Of a DNA stretch of 64,000 bases, positions 45,843 through 56,400 are shown piece after piece. The notes under the pieces were generated by a model. The model saw only the letters and a list, made by a program, of their open reading frames with translations. It was not told where the DNA came from and did no database searches. Numbering within the stretch: the first letter of the stretch is position 1; the number at the start of each line of letters is the position of its first letter. This DNA comes from Deltaproteobacteria bacterium. Lineage in GTDB: Bacteria > Bdellovibrionota_B > Oligoflexia > Oligoflexales > Bog-1112. Made by a program: the position numbers and the translations under genes. Location of the stretch: contig JACPKR010000008.1 of the NCBI GenBank assembly GCA_016186945.1, forward strand, positions 3,950-67,949. The letters run 5' to 3'.

Positions 45843-48134
45843 ATGTATGCGCTTGACCTATCCTATTACCCAAAAGAGATTAAAAAACGTAACGGCGAAA
45901 TCGTTCCCTTCGATGAGTCAAAAATTGAAAACGCTGTGCTGAAAGCGATGCAGGCTTGCGGAGAAGGTTCGCCTCAACAGGCTCAGAAAGTTGCCAAGGG
46001 CGTGTTGAAGGAAATCATCAAAATCAAGCGGCACTTCAGAGGCTTCGTGCCTGAAGTCGAGGGGATTCAAGACCTCGTCGAAAAGACGCTTATTTTTGAA
46101 CGCCTCGTCAAGACGGCGAAAGCTTATATTTTGTATCGCGACAAACGGTCATCCTTTCGCCAACAAAAAGAACATATTCCAGAGCACATCAAAAAATTAG
46201 CTGACGAAAGTAAGACGTATTTTAAAAGCGACTTCAACGAGTTTGTCTACCTGCGCACATACTCCCGTTGGGTTGAAGATGAGAACAGGCGGGAGACTTG
46301 GGTCGAAACAGTCGACCGTTACATGAATTTCATGCGTGAGAATATCGGCAACAAACTTACAGAAAAAGAATACAAGGAACTACGAGAAGGCATCCTCACA
46401 CAGAATGTCATGCCATCTATGCGCCTCATGCAATTTTCCGGCACGGCAGCTCGGGCAACAAACGTTTGCGCTTACAACTGTTCCTACATTGCACCCGTCA
46501 AACTCGATGACTTTGCCGATGTGATGTACGTACTTATGTGCGGTACAGGTGTGGGTTTTTCCGTTGAGAACCAAAATATCCAGGCCCTTCCTCAAATTGC
46601 TATGCAGACGGGACGCAAACACCCTACCTATGTTGTGGAAGACAGTCGCGAAGGTTGGTGCGATGCCTTCAAGATCGGCCTAAAAACATGGTATGCGGGG
46701 GAAGATATCGACTTTGACTTCTCCCAATGTCGTCCAGCCGGGGCAAGGTTGAAAACACTTGGGGGTAAAAGTTCAGGTCCCCGCCCTTTGAATGACTTGC
46801 TGACTTTTTCCCGTGGGAAAATCCTGAGTCGACAAGGGGGAAGGCTATCAACACTCGATACTCATGACATTCTGTGCAAGATTGGGGAAATCGTCGTGGC
46901 AGGAGGAGTGCGCAGAAGTGCGATGATTTCTCTGTCAGACTTGAATGATGCCGACCTCAGGAATGCAAAAAAAGGGCAATTTTACTACAACGACCCACAG
47001 AGGATCATTGCGAACAACTCAGCAGCTTATGTGCGCAAACCTTCCAGCCGTGAGTTTCTGGAAGAATGGTTAGCACTCGTCAACAGTGGCTCCGGTGAGC
47101 GAGGCATTTTCAACCGCGGAGGGCTTCTTCACACCTTGCCTGAAAGACGCCTCAAACACCTTCGGCAGAAAGAAGACATCGTTAATGGGAATATCGTAGG
47201 GTTTATCGGCACAAATCCCTGTGGTGAAATTGTCCTGCGTTCAAAACAGTTCTGCAACCTGACAGAAGTCATCGCAAAGCCGGAAGATACGAGAGAAAGT
47301 CTGCTTAACAAGGTACGCCTAGCTGCCATCCTCGGTACTTACCAGGCATCGCTCACCCACTTCCCGTACCTCTCAGAAGATTGGGTGAAAAACTGTGAGG
47401 AAGAACGCCTGCTCGGTGTTTCCATCACAGGCCAGTGGGACAGCGAAGCCGTTCGTCATGCAGACGTGTTTCGGGACTTGAAAGAAGAAAGTCTGAAAAC
47501 CAACAGGGAGTATGCGAAACGCTTCGGCATCAATCCCGCAACAGCCGTTACATGCGTGAAACCTTCCGGAAACGTCTCCCAGGTTGTCGACTGTGCTTCG
47601 GGAATGCACCCACGCTTCGCCAAGTATTACATCCGACGTGTGCGCGTGGCCGCAACCGATGCGCTTTTCCAGATGATGAAAGCCAAGGGACTTCCCTACC
47701 ATCCCGAAGTTGGACAAACCTTGGAGAATGCCACAACCTACATTCTGGAATTCCCCATCAAGGCTCCCGAAAACGCAGTCACACGCCACGATCTCTCAGC
47801 TCTCCAGCAACTGGAATACTGGAAAGTTGTAAAAACCAACTACACCGAACACAACCCATCCATTACCGTCTATGTAAAAGATGAAGAATGGGTTGCCGTC
47901 GCCGACTGGGTCTATGAAAACTGGGATCTGGTAGGAGGCTTAACCTTCCTTCCCCATACCGACCACGTCTACCGCCTGGCTCCCTATGAAGAGATCGACG
48001 AAGCTACCTACAACGATCTTATGAAGAAAACTCCGCACCTGGACTTTTCAGAGCTTTACCTTTTCGAAACCACTGACCCAACGGAATTGAAAAGGGAACT
48101 CGCCTGTAGTGCAGGCGTCTGCGAGATCGTTTAG
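45843..48134 (+). CDS. nrdJ: class II (adenosylcobalamin-dependent) ribonucleotide reductase with N-terminal ATP-cone
   Basis: 763 aa. ATP-cone KKRNGEIVPFDESKI. Active-site NPCGEI. No class I/III signatures. Confidence 0.8.
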   Translation: MYALDLSYYPKEIKKRNGEIVPFDESKIENAVLKAMQACGEGSPQQAQKVAKGVLKEIIKIKRHFRGFVPEVEGIQDLVEKTLIFERLVKTAKAYILYRDKRSSFRQQKEHIPEHIKKLADESKTYFKSDFNEFVYLRTYSRWVEDENRRETWVETVDRYMNFMRENIGNKLTEKEYKELREGILTQNVMPSMRLMQFSGTAARATNVCAYNCSYIAPVKLDDFADVMYVLMCGTGVGFSVENQNIQALPQIAMQTGRKHPTYVVEDSREGWCDAFKIGLKTWYAGEDIDFDFSQCRPAGARLKTLGGKSSGPRPLNDLLTFSRGKILSRQGGRLSTLDTHDILCKIGEIVVAGGVRRSAMISLSDLNDADLRNAKKGQFYYNDPQRIIANNSAAYVRKPSSREFLEEWLALVNSGSGERGIFNRGGLLHTLPERRLKHLRQKEDIVNGNIVGFIGTNPCGEIVLRSKQFCNLTEVIAKPEDTRESLLNKVRLAAILGTYQASLTHFPYLSEDWVKNCEEERLLGVSITGQWDSEAVRHADVFRDLKEESLKTNREYAKRFGINPATAVTCVKPSGNVSQVVDCASGMHPRFAKYYIRRVRVAATDALFQMMKAKGLPYHPEVGQTLENATTYILEFPIKAPENAVTRHDLSALQQLEYWKVVKTNYTEHNPSITVYVKDEEWVAVADWVYENWDLVGGLTFLPHTDHVYRLAPYEEIDEATYNDLMKKTPHLDFSELYLFETTDPTELKRELACSAGVCEIV

Positions 48135-48143
48135 GCCACAAAG

Positions 48144-48303
48144 AGCCACTTGGGGCAAGGAGGTGGTTTGGAGGAAACTCCGCAGCTGGTTCCTCCAAGA
48201 AATCCCTTGGGGGAGCGACCCTTCGCTTTGCTCAGGGCAGGCTTTTCCCTCGCCCCCCCAACCCCCCCTCTCCCTATTTGCCCCAAGTGGCTTACGCATT
48301 ACG
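48144..48303 (+). repeat. F1 element, longest copy (A + expanded B + right TIR)
   Basis: AGCCACTTGGGGCAAGGAGG...CTCCCTATTTGCCCCAAGTGGCTTACGCATTACG. The module-B hairpin loop is expanded by about 31 nt (CCCTTCGCTTTGCTCAGGGCAGGCTTTTCCC). Begins 9 bp after the nrdJ stop. Confidence 0.9.
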
Positions 48304-48389
48304 AGCCGATAAAATCGCCGCTTGCAAACGGCGGTGTTTTTGGCTATAAAGCCTCTAAACAACCCGCTAAAATTACATAAAGAATTTTT

Positions 48390-49370
48390 ATGAGTAAGAT
48401 CAATACAATAAGACTCCTTACCTTCTTGGTCTGTCTCCACTTGCCGCTTTGTTATGCCATGCCTCCCAAGAGGCCACTCGGCTTCGAATTGTTGGAAGGA
48501 GCAAGGCTAGCCGAAAGTGATGGAGAAGATAGCGGGGATGAGGGGGCGGCAGCAGCACATCCCATCTATGCCCTGGCTGAAGATGATGAAGAAGAAGATG
48601 ACGAGTTTGTTGCAGGTACTGCCTTTCCTGCACTCCCCGTAATTATAATCACACCCGCTGACCCCCCCACAATTATAATCACACCCGCTGAAACCGAACC
48701 TGCCTTCAACGGAATCCTGCAACGATTCCTTCTCACTGTCAGGACCTATCTGGATCAAGAGCGGGACGACCTGACTCCTTACGTACCTCGATCTCTACGT
48801 GCAAACATTGCTGGAATTCGTCGATTGATGACGGCTGTGCTTGCCGACGACCTTACGACCGCACGGCGCCTTTTGGAAGAAGGGGTGGACCCACGTGTTC
48901 CTGACTTTGAAGACTCTGCGGGTAGAGTTCCCTTGCATGCTGCCACAACAACCGGAATGGTGGATTTATTGCTTAGGCACGGCGCAGACATAGAACAACC
49001 CGACTACGATGGGATGACCCCACTACATGTTGCGGTGATGCTGTTTCGTTTTGGTCATGTGGAGGATTTCGGGGGATATGATCGTCATTATGATGTCGTG
49101 CGACACCTTCTCGATCATGGTGCAGATATCAATGCGCGCAATATTCACGGCCATCGACCTCTCGATTTTGCGGCGCTGGAAGACTTACCAAGGAACATCT
49201 TAGATATGTTGACCCCCCCTAATCCTCAAGCGGGCGCGGCTACGGGACAAGGATTCGGGTTGGGGTTTGGCTCGGCAGAGGACAGCGGATCCCTCGATTC
49301 TCTATCAAGCATGGGCTCGCTTCACGGTGGCGAAAGAAGGGGGGGAGAGCGAGAGGGTGCCGCCGAATGA
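48390..49370 (+). CDS. secreted ankyrin-repeat protein
   Basis: 326 aa. Signal peptide. ANK repeats (GRVPLHAATTTGMVDLLLRHGADIEQPDYDGMTPLHVA..., LLDHGADINARNIHGHRPLDFA). 30-bp tandem duplication at 48641-48691. Confidence 0.75.
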   Translation: MSKINTIRLLTFLVCLHLPLCYAMPPKRPLGFELLEGARLAESDGEDSGDEGAAAAHPIYALAEDDEEEDDEFVAGTAFPALPVIIITPADPPTIIITPAETEPAFNGILQRFLLTVRTYLDQERDDLTPYVPRSLRANIAGIRRLMTAVLADDLTTARRLLEEGVDPRVPDFEDSAGRVPLHAATTTGMVDLLLRHGADIEQPDYDGMTPLHVAVMLFRFGHVEDFGGYDRHYDVVRHLLDHGADINARNIHGHRPLDFAALEDLPRNILDMLTPPNPQAGAATGQGFGLGFGSAEDSGSLDSLSSMGSLHGGERRGGEREGAAE

Positions 49371-49484
49371 CACGGTGTCTTTACACATACTGCACTGATG
49401 CTTACGGTAGGAAAAATTGTGCACTTAAGGTTTCTCTGCTTCTTCCGCAAAGGACTTCAGAGAGTTTTCTAACGGAGGCACGCA

Positions 49485-49814
49485 GTGTCCGCAGAAGATT
49501 ACGAAACATACAAACAGATCAAGGAAGAACTCTCCCAACCCATCGACGAGAAAGACCTCGATAGGGCAACGCTCAAGAAACTATACGAAAGCAAGCTCGT
49601 CTACCTGGACTACCTCCGGATCAAATGTTTCACAGCAGTAAACCAGCAAAAGATGACCCCCTTCACTATTGACGACTACACTTACATTCTGGATGCCATC
49701 AAGCAGACAAAGGCTCAAATCACCAAGCTTGTACGCTCTGCAGTCCTCTCCTCCCTTGAACTCCCCTTTTGTGATACAGTACCTGGGATAAGAAACCCCT
49801 CAGATCGCAAATAG
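49485..49814 (+). CDS. hypothetical protein
   Basis: 109 aa, GTG start. No motif recognised. Stop codon lies in the target-site duplication of the F3 element. Confidence 0.35.
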   Translation: MSAEDYETYKQIKEELSQPIDEKDLDRATLKKLYESKLVYLDYLRIKCFTAVNQQKMTPFTIDDYTYILDAIKQTKAQITKLVRSAVLSSLELPFCDTVPGIRNPSDRK

Positions 49815-49815
49815 G

Positions 49816-49968
49816 CAGGGTATGTTCATATGAGAATGGAATGAGAAAAAATAACGTCATTGCGAGAAGGGCGAAGCCCGACGAAGCAATCCAGGTTGTC
49901 TGCCGCTTACAAGGTGGGCAAATTTCAGCCTGGATTGCTTCGCATTCGCTCGCAATGAACAGGCCCTG
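49816..49968. mobile_element. F3 MITE with 14-bp imperfect TIRs and 9-bp target-site duplication
   Basis: TSD GCAAATAGG at 49807-49815 and 49969-49977. TIRs CAGGGTATGTTCAT (49816-49829) / ATGAACAGGCCCTG (49955-49968). Internal long arms GTCATTGCGAG...GAAGCAATCCAGG (49856-49895) / CCTGGATTGCTTC...CTCGCAATGAAC (49929-49960). Confidence 0.8.
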
Positions 49969-50037
49969 GCAAATAGGAAGGTTCCCTTGTCTAAGTTTCA
50001 CAACCCGAAAGTGTTTTACTTTGTGGCAACTCCTCCC

Positions 50038-50559
50038 ATGAAGAAGATCATCCAGCTTGCCCTTGAGGATTTTCCTTTAAACCTCTATGAGGGGACAAAC
50101 TGGGAGGAAGCTGAACAGTTCCTCACCTTGGGTAACTTTGACCTCGTCATATTAGACGCGACTCTCCTCGATGAAAGCCGGTCGGAGTCGTTCCTTGCTA
50201 AGGCTACGAATGTCCCCCTTCTGCTATTGGACGGAGCGGGAACCCCACGCCGAAGGATTGCGGAAAGCGGGCGTTCTGCGGTGCTCCGACGACCTTTTGA
50301 GAAGGAGGACTTTCTCGCTGCGATTCGAAACATGGGCGTGCAGTGGAAAAGGGAACAGCCCCCCGCCCCCCAAGTGGGGGCAGAAGAACTGGAAACCCTT
50401 CAACTTGGGATGAGCCTAAAAGAGGAACTCAAACTCCAAGTAAGACTATATGTAGAAAAGTACTGCCAGGAACACTTCCCCGCCCTTGCTGAGAAAGTGT
50501 TGACGAGAGAGATTCGGCGCCTTACAGATGAACGCGCGTCCCTTCTTGACAACGATTGA
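50038..50559 (+). CDS. degenerate receiver-like domain protein
   Basis: Start ATG 50038. 173 aa. DLVILDATL resembles the receiver beta3 with Asp, but the N-terminal acidic pair and the conserved Lys are not canonical. Confidence 0.4.
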   Translation: MKKIIQLALEDFPLNLYEGTNWEEAEQFLTLGNFDLVILDATLLDESRSESFLAKATNVPLLLLDGAGTPRRRIAESGRSAVLRRPFEKEDFLAAIRNMGVQWKREQPPAPQVGAEELETLQLGMSLKEELKLQVRLYVEKYCQEHFPALAEKVLTREIRRLTDERASLLDND

Positions 50560-50575
50560 ACGAGGAAAGCTTTCC

Positions 50576-51421
50576 ATGCCAGAAATTCATAGCCTTCAAC
50601 TCCAGCCGATCATAGATCGGGCGTTGGAAGAAGATTGGGGAAACGGAGATTGGACCACCGATTTGTGCGTGCAAAAAGGGACCAAGGCCCATGCAAGCAT
50701 CATAGCGAAAAAACCGACGCTGGCATCCTGTCTTGAAATCGCCCAGGCTGTGTTCTTCCGCGTCGATCCTGGACTGAACATCAAACTTCGTGCCAAGAAT
50801 GGTGATCCTGTAGGGGAAAAAACTCTCCTCATGGAAATTGAAGGGGAAGCCCGCTCGATTCTAAAAGCTGAACGTGTAGCGCTTAACTTTCTCTGCAGAA
50901 TGTGCGGTGTCTCACACATGACCAGCCGATACGTTGCCAAGCTGAAGGGATTCAAAGCCAAATTGCTTGACACCCGCAAGACATCCCCAGGGCTGCGCCT
51001 TCTTGAGAAGTGGGCGACCTCGATCGGTGGCGCGCGTAACCACAGACTTTGTCTCACAGACGGTGTCCTTGTGAAGGAGAACCATATACGAGCAGCAGGC
51101 AGTATTACAAACGCAGTCAATCGTCTGTTAGAAAGCCTGCCTCCCACGCTCAAGATCGAGGTTGAAGCCAGCACCCTTGACGAAGTTCACGAAGCCCTCG
51201 ACGCCGGTGCTGACCTTATCCTTCTGGACAACATGTCAATTTCCGAAATGAAACTCGCCGTTCGTACTGTAAGGGGACGTGTTTTGCTAGAAGCGTCTGG
51301 CAATATTACCCTGGATAACATCGCGGACGTTGCTGAGACGGGCGTCGATTTTATCTCCTCAAGTGCGATCATCCATTCAGCTCCCTGGGCTGACCTTAGC
51401 CTACTTTTTACAGTCCCATGA
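50576..51421 (+). CDS. nadC: nicotinate-nucleotide pyrophosphorylase (quinolinate phosphoribosyltransferase)
   Basis: Start ATG 50576. ERVALNFL, LDTRKT, ILLDNM motifs. Confidence 0.9.
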   Translation: MPEIHSLQLQPIIDRALEEDWGNGDWTTDLCVQKGTKAHASIIAKKPTLASCLEIAQAVFFRVDPGLNIKLRAKNGDPVGEKTLLMEIEGEARSILKAERVALNFLCRMCGVSHMTSRYVAKLKGFKAKLLDTRKTSPGLRLLEKWATSIGGARNHRLCLTDGVLVKENHIRAAGSITNAVNRLLESLPPTLKIEVEASTLDEVHEALDAGADLILLDNMSISEMKLAVRTVRGRVLLEASGNITLDNIADVAETGVDFISSSAIIHSAPWADLSLLFTVP

Positions 51422-52137
51422 AGATTTACAGGTACGAATCCATTGGGTCGACGTCCACGGAAGCAACACAACTTCTCTTACAAGGTGTACGCCCACCATT
51501 TGTTGTCACAGCAAAAACGCAAACAGCAGGCAGGGGAAGCGGCTCGCGGACATGGAAAAGCCCGGCTGGTAATCTTTACCTTTCTCTCGCCCTGACTTGC
51601 AGAAAAGACGAAGTCGGCCCCCTGCCTTTAAAGGTTGCGGTACTCCTTGCCCATTGGATGCAGGAACGTGTGAAACTGACGCCAACTCTAAAATGGCCGA
51701 ACGACCTACTTCTGGACGGAAAGAAACTCGCAGGAATCTTATGTGAAGCAAGCTGGCAGCCAGGAAACGTCTCATGCGACGTAATCGTGGGAATCGGAAT
51801 CAATGTGAATAACACGCCAGAACTTGAGTCAGACTACCAAGCCACCTGCTTGCGGACCGCAAGTAGCAAGGAATGGGAACTCGAAAGCCTATTGGATTCT
51901 CTCTTACTTTTTTGGGAACAGAAGGAACCAAAATGGAGGAACAAAGAACTTTACCTGGCGGCTTATCGAACCCTTCATCTGCCACCAGGTCAAGTTCTTC
52001 AGGATACAGTTTACCCTCATGACTTATATAGTTTTGAGGCGATTGATAGCGAAGGATGCCTCGTGGTGCGTAACATTAACGATACGTCCTCGCGAAGCAT
52101 TGTTACTGCGCAACATACCTTACGCTGGCAGCTTTAG
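51418..52137 (+). CDS. birA: biotin--[acetyl-CoA-carboxylase] ligase (no N-terminal HTH)
   Basis: 239 aa. GRGSGSRTWKSPAGNLYLS matches GRGRxGRxWxSPxGxLYxS. Confidence 0.85.
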   Translation: MKIYRYESIGSTSTEATQLLLQGVRPPFVVTAKTQTAGRGSGSRTWKSPAGNLYLSLALTCRKDEVGPLPLKVAVLLAHWMQERVKLTPTLKWPNDLLLDGKKLAGILCEASWQPGNVSCDVIVGIGINVNNTPELESDYQATCLRTASSKEWELESLLDSLLLFWEQKEPKWRNKELYLAAYRTLHLPPGQVLQDTVYPHDLYSFEAIDSEGCLVVRNINDTSSRSIVTAQHTLRWQL

Positions 52138-52682
52138 AGGTCTTCATCCACAGCGGCGGCTTCGACGTCCCATTCATCATTCTTGATGCCATAAGATTCC
52201 CTCTCGCCGAGGTGGTCTTTGTATTTTGCAAACAAAGCAGATTCAGCAAGCGAAGCTCTGAATTCAACGGGCAGACTTTCTAGCGATGTCAATTGGGGAA
52301 TGGCAATCAGGAGAATCGTTTCTGCAAACTCAATCCGCACCTCGTCCATCTGGGAACCAGGGAAAAACTGTGAGTGAAGGATCAGGACACGATCGTCTGT
52401 TTTTTCGCGATCTTTTCCCACCAGACTGACAATCAAGGCTTTGTTGTGACGGTCGCGACAGATGTTAAGGTTGTCTCTATCGTAAGCTGTCATGTCAATG
52501 GCTGTAATCAGTTCCTTTCCCTCAACAAAAGAGAGATAGCCTTCTAATTCTTCATAGGATGGAACTATAAATTCCGCATCCTCCGCTTTCCTCCAGTCGA
52601 AGCTTTCACAAAAGTTGTTCGCGAATGCTGAACCTGTAAGGCTAGCAAAAAAGAGAGAACAGATAACAATCTTCCTAATCAT
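52134..52682 (-). CDS. secreted hypothetical protein
   Basis: 182 aa. Signal peptide MIRKIVICSLFFASLTGSAFA. Confidence 0.45.
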   Translation of the reverse strand: MIRKIVICSLFFASLTGSAFANNFCESFDWRKAEDAEFIVPSYEELEGYLSFVEGKELITAIDMTAYDRDNLNICRDRHNKALIVSLVGKDREKTDDRVLILHSQFFPGSQMDEVRIEFAETILLIAIPQLTSLESLPVEFRASLAESALFAKYKDHLGERESYGIKNDEWDVEAAAVDEDL

Positions 52683-52733
52683 TTTTTACTCCTCATGTTA
52701 GGATTGATAGGTTTGCAAGTAATGTGTAAACCC

Positions 52734-52866
52734 TTTGGGGCAAGGAGGAGGTTTGGAGGAAACTGCGCAGCTGGTTCCTCCAAAGAAATCCCTTGAGGGA
52801 GCGACGGTTCCCTCGCCCCCCCAAACCCCCCCCTCCCTTTTTGCCCCTAGCGGCTTACGGGTTACG
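52734..52866 (+). repeat. F1 element, long form (A + B + right TIR), diverged
   Basis: TTTGGGGCAAGGAGGAGGTTTGGAGGAAACTGCGCAGCTGGTTCCTCCAAAGAAATCCCTTGAGGGAGCGACGGTTCCCTCGCCCCCCCAAACCCCCCCCTCCCTTTTTGCCCCTAGCGGCTTACGGGTTACG. Confidence 0.9.
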
Positions 52867-52945
52867 TTTGTAAGTCGCGTATGGATTACCTAAGTTTCTT
52901 CATCGTGGATAGTTTTATTTTGTAGCCCCTTAATCGAGAGATAAA

Positions 52946-53437
52946 ATGAGAAGCGGAAAAAAACCTAGAGAATCTTGGGTAGAAATGACGGAAATCGTTT
53001 TGCCACAACACACGAATGGCCTCGGTACAGTTTTCGGTGGCGTTGTCGTGTCCTGGGTTGACATCGCCGCTGCAATTTGTGCGCAACGACACAGCGAGCA
53101 AATTGTAGTAACTGCATCCATTGACGCGATGCACTTCCTCGCACCCATTCGCTTGGGTTGGGTGGTCAATATCAAAGCAAGTATGAACTTCGTTGCCCAC
53201 TCCAGCTGTGAAGTGGGTGTAAAAATTATGGCAGAAAATCCACTGACCCAGGAACACCACCACACTGCGAGTGCGTACGTAACTATGGTAGCGTTAGCCC
53301 GTGATGGGCACGCGTTGACGATGCCCCCTCTCCTTGCGGAGACAGACGATGAAAAAAGGCGCTTTCGCGAAGCAGCGGAAAGACGAATGACGCGATTGGA
53401 ATTGCGAGACCGACTTAAAAAACGTCATAAGGGGTGA
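52946..53437 (+). CDS. acyl-CoA thioesterase (hotdog fold, YciA-like)
   Basis: 163 aa. LPQHTNGLGTVFGGVVVSWVD motif. Confidence 0.75.
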   Translation: MRSGKKPRESWVEMTEIVLPQHTNGLGTVFGGVVVSWVDIAAAICAQRHSEQIVVTASIDAMHFLAPIRLGWVVNIKASMNFVAHSSCEVGVKIMAENPLTQEHHHTASAYVTMVALARDGHALTMPPLLAETDDEKRRFREAAERRMTRLELRDRLKKRHKG

Positions 53438-53462
53438 GGTAAAAAAAACTTTAGGAGCATGT

Positions 53463-56400
53463 ATGTTGTTTCGAATGCGTTGCTTGATTCTCGTTGTCGG
53501 TTTTTTTCCTTCCCTGATTAGTTTTGCTCATATCCATGAAGACGAACTCGGTCTGGAAGATTCTCAAGACTTGCGAGAGGCTGTTGCTCAGCTCCTTCGA
53601 CCAGACGGGAGTCTTTCCCTCAAGGAACTTGGACTCTTTGAAAATGAAATACAGAATAAACGTGACGAACTGTACAAACTTCTGGTTGACACCGAAAAAG
53701 CTGGCGGCATGTCGCAAGACGAAGCGGAGGACGAAGCCCTAGGCCAAAAGCAAATCTTTGTCCTCGAGTTTATCCTCGATAGGCTAGAGGACTTAAAGCA
53801 TGAAGCTGACCCTATTCAACGCTTTGCCTTAGCAAAGCAGATTTTGCGGTTGTCGTCGACTTTTTCGGCGGATGGAGCGCCTCCCAGCATTCAGCTCGCA
53901 TTTGAAATAGGTAGAGTCGCTTTTCTTGAATCCCATAATGTAGCTCTGGATGAGAGAAAGACCGGCCCAGCTGCAAATCTTGTAAACCCTGCCCACCAAC
54001 AGTACTTCAGCAAGGACGAACTTAGGCAAAAAATTGAAAGGCATGAAGATATATCCGTTTACGATCCTCCCAACTCATCTTTCTGGGCCAAGCCTGCCTC
54101 TATTGCTCAACAAAGTGTGCTGAAGCCGATGGAAATCAATAGTGCGGTGCCCCAGACTTTCACCTACAAGAAGGTTATCAAATCTGACCATCACCCGAAG
54201 ATTAAAACTTTCTCACGTTCTCCCAGTGGCAAGAAGATTGAATGGAAGATGAAATTTGGCCGTGAAGTGGAAACAGAGTATTTTGCGACTCGATGGATGG
54301 AGTTGATGGGTTTCAACAGCGACGAGTCCTACTTTGTCTCAAACGCAAAGGTCTATTTTGAGAACGAGGACGAGTTCAAGAGCATGGTCAGGGAATGGGT
54401 CAAATTTTACCCAAAGGAATTGGATACACCATCGAATTTTATCGTAGAAGAAGGATCCGACTCCGACGGCTTTTTCGTCGTTTTTCACAAAACACTCATC
54501 GAAGCTCGCCCCAAAGACACGGAACGAGTCGGACCCATGCACTTAACCTTGTTGGGAAATCATGAGAGGCGAGAGGTACGTGCCCAACTTCTCCTACAAG
54601 CGTTCATAAACAACACGGATATTAAGGAATCTCATAATAACAAAACAAAGATGGTCAAAGACAGTCAAGGGCGTTGGCATGTTCAGGAGTTGATACACGA
54701 CCTTGGCAAATCATTCGGCAGCCTCCTTGTTTCTAACTTTCCGAACGGATTTTCCTGGAACTTTCTGAAAACCAGCCGGGGAAAACTTCGAATCGACTAT
54801 CGACGCTACCACTACATTTCACGAGACAAAAACCCATTCATGCAAGCCAGTTATTCCGATCTTAAATGGGCCGCCCGTCTTCTTGTCCAGGTCACGCCAG
54901 AACAGATTCGCACCCTCATAAACAATTCTGGATGGCCTGAACCTGTAGGTCATCTCTACTTCGAAAAGCTTACAACTCGCCGTAATGAAGTCGTGAGGGA
55001 ATTCCATCTGGAAGGAGAGTACCTGGATGGTCAAAAAGTTAACCTATGGCCAGAGGTAAAACCAAAGGAATTCAATTTTGGTGCTGCTGTCATAGAGGGA
55101 GAGCTTTTCAAGGATTACAAGTCGCATCCTCAGGATATCAACTACGCGAACGCCGTCGGAGTGAATTTCGATTTTAACGGCGTTCTCCTACGCCTTTTAG
55201 TCAACAGTGCCTCGATGGGTATTGAAAAGGCTCCCTTAGAGCGGATTTTTACTTTGAGAGACGATCACGGTTCCTTCGTTCTCAAGAATTATTTGGGTGG
55301 CATGCACGTTGTGATACATCGTGAAATTACTCGCAACGAAAATACGAATGACGATAGCAAACTTTGGGTCGTTAAAGACCGGCTAGATGTGGGTCTTGCT
55401 GTTGGACTGGGTGTAGACATCCCGGTCGGACCTGGCGGGTTCGATCTCAAAGCGAGATCAATCGTAGGCAAACGGTACACCCTCACACATTATACCGGGC
55501 AACTTGTTGGGGCCGCGAAAAGTAAATTCAACCGAGTATTTCGCCTCCCCTTCCAGCCTCAGGAAGTCATCGAAGCCCTTAGTCCTGGGGAAGAAGTTAC
55601 TGATGGCTTTTTCATAAGCCTAAAGTTGCAGGAAGAATTTGAACTAGGCAACACATGGACTGCTGCTGTGGGGCCTGGACTCGGCCAAGAAACACGTTTC
55701 CTCGTCCACACAGGGGTAAAAAACCTAGACAATGGGAAAATCGAGGTCGCCCATCAAAAGAGTAACGAACTCGAAGGCGAGTTCTACGTCTTTGCACAAT
55801 TCTTCAAAATTTTGAAATTGGAATTCTTCCGGGCATCTATGATGTTGGGGCAATCGAAGGGTCAAGCATACACCTTTGATTTTTCCACGCCTCCCTCAAT
55901 CGACACACAGCGTGCCTACAATCGTCTCGTTTACAACCATAAAGACGATCTAGCGGAGCAATACAAAATACCGTTCGCCACCATGCGTTCGAATTTCAAA
56001 GGGAAAGGCTGGTGGTTTGGAGTCTTAGCCGGCCTAGGATCCCAATACCACGGAACTTATGCTTTAAGGACCGACCCGGACCACACCATGCACAGAACCT
56101 TCGAATACAAGATTGAAAAGGAACGAGAAAATCCACTCTTTCTGAGAAGGAGGGCTTACCGAGTTCTGACTTCGCTAGACTTCGGGGACAACAGCTTTAC
56201 AGATCTCACACGAAGCTCCCTCGTGCTGATGATGGAATGGGAAAACGAAAAGACCGCCAGTAGCTACATGAAAAGAATGCTGGAAAAGGTGAACGCAACG
56301 GTAGGTGATACTTCCTTCGTAGAATTCACCCCTGAACGATGGGCTGAAAAGCACCTGGGGAACACATACACAATTTTCCAAGTGAGGCTAAAGGATGATG

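Noticed and set aside
49841-50041. 66-aa ORF (MRKNNVIARRAKPDEAIQ...) as a small protein gene
   Set aside because: It lies almost entirely inside the F3 MITE hairpin arms. The peptide is a by-product of the palindromic repeat.
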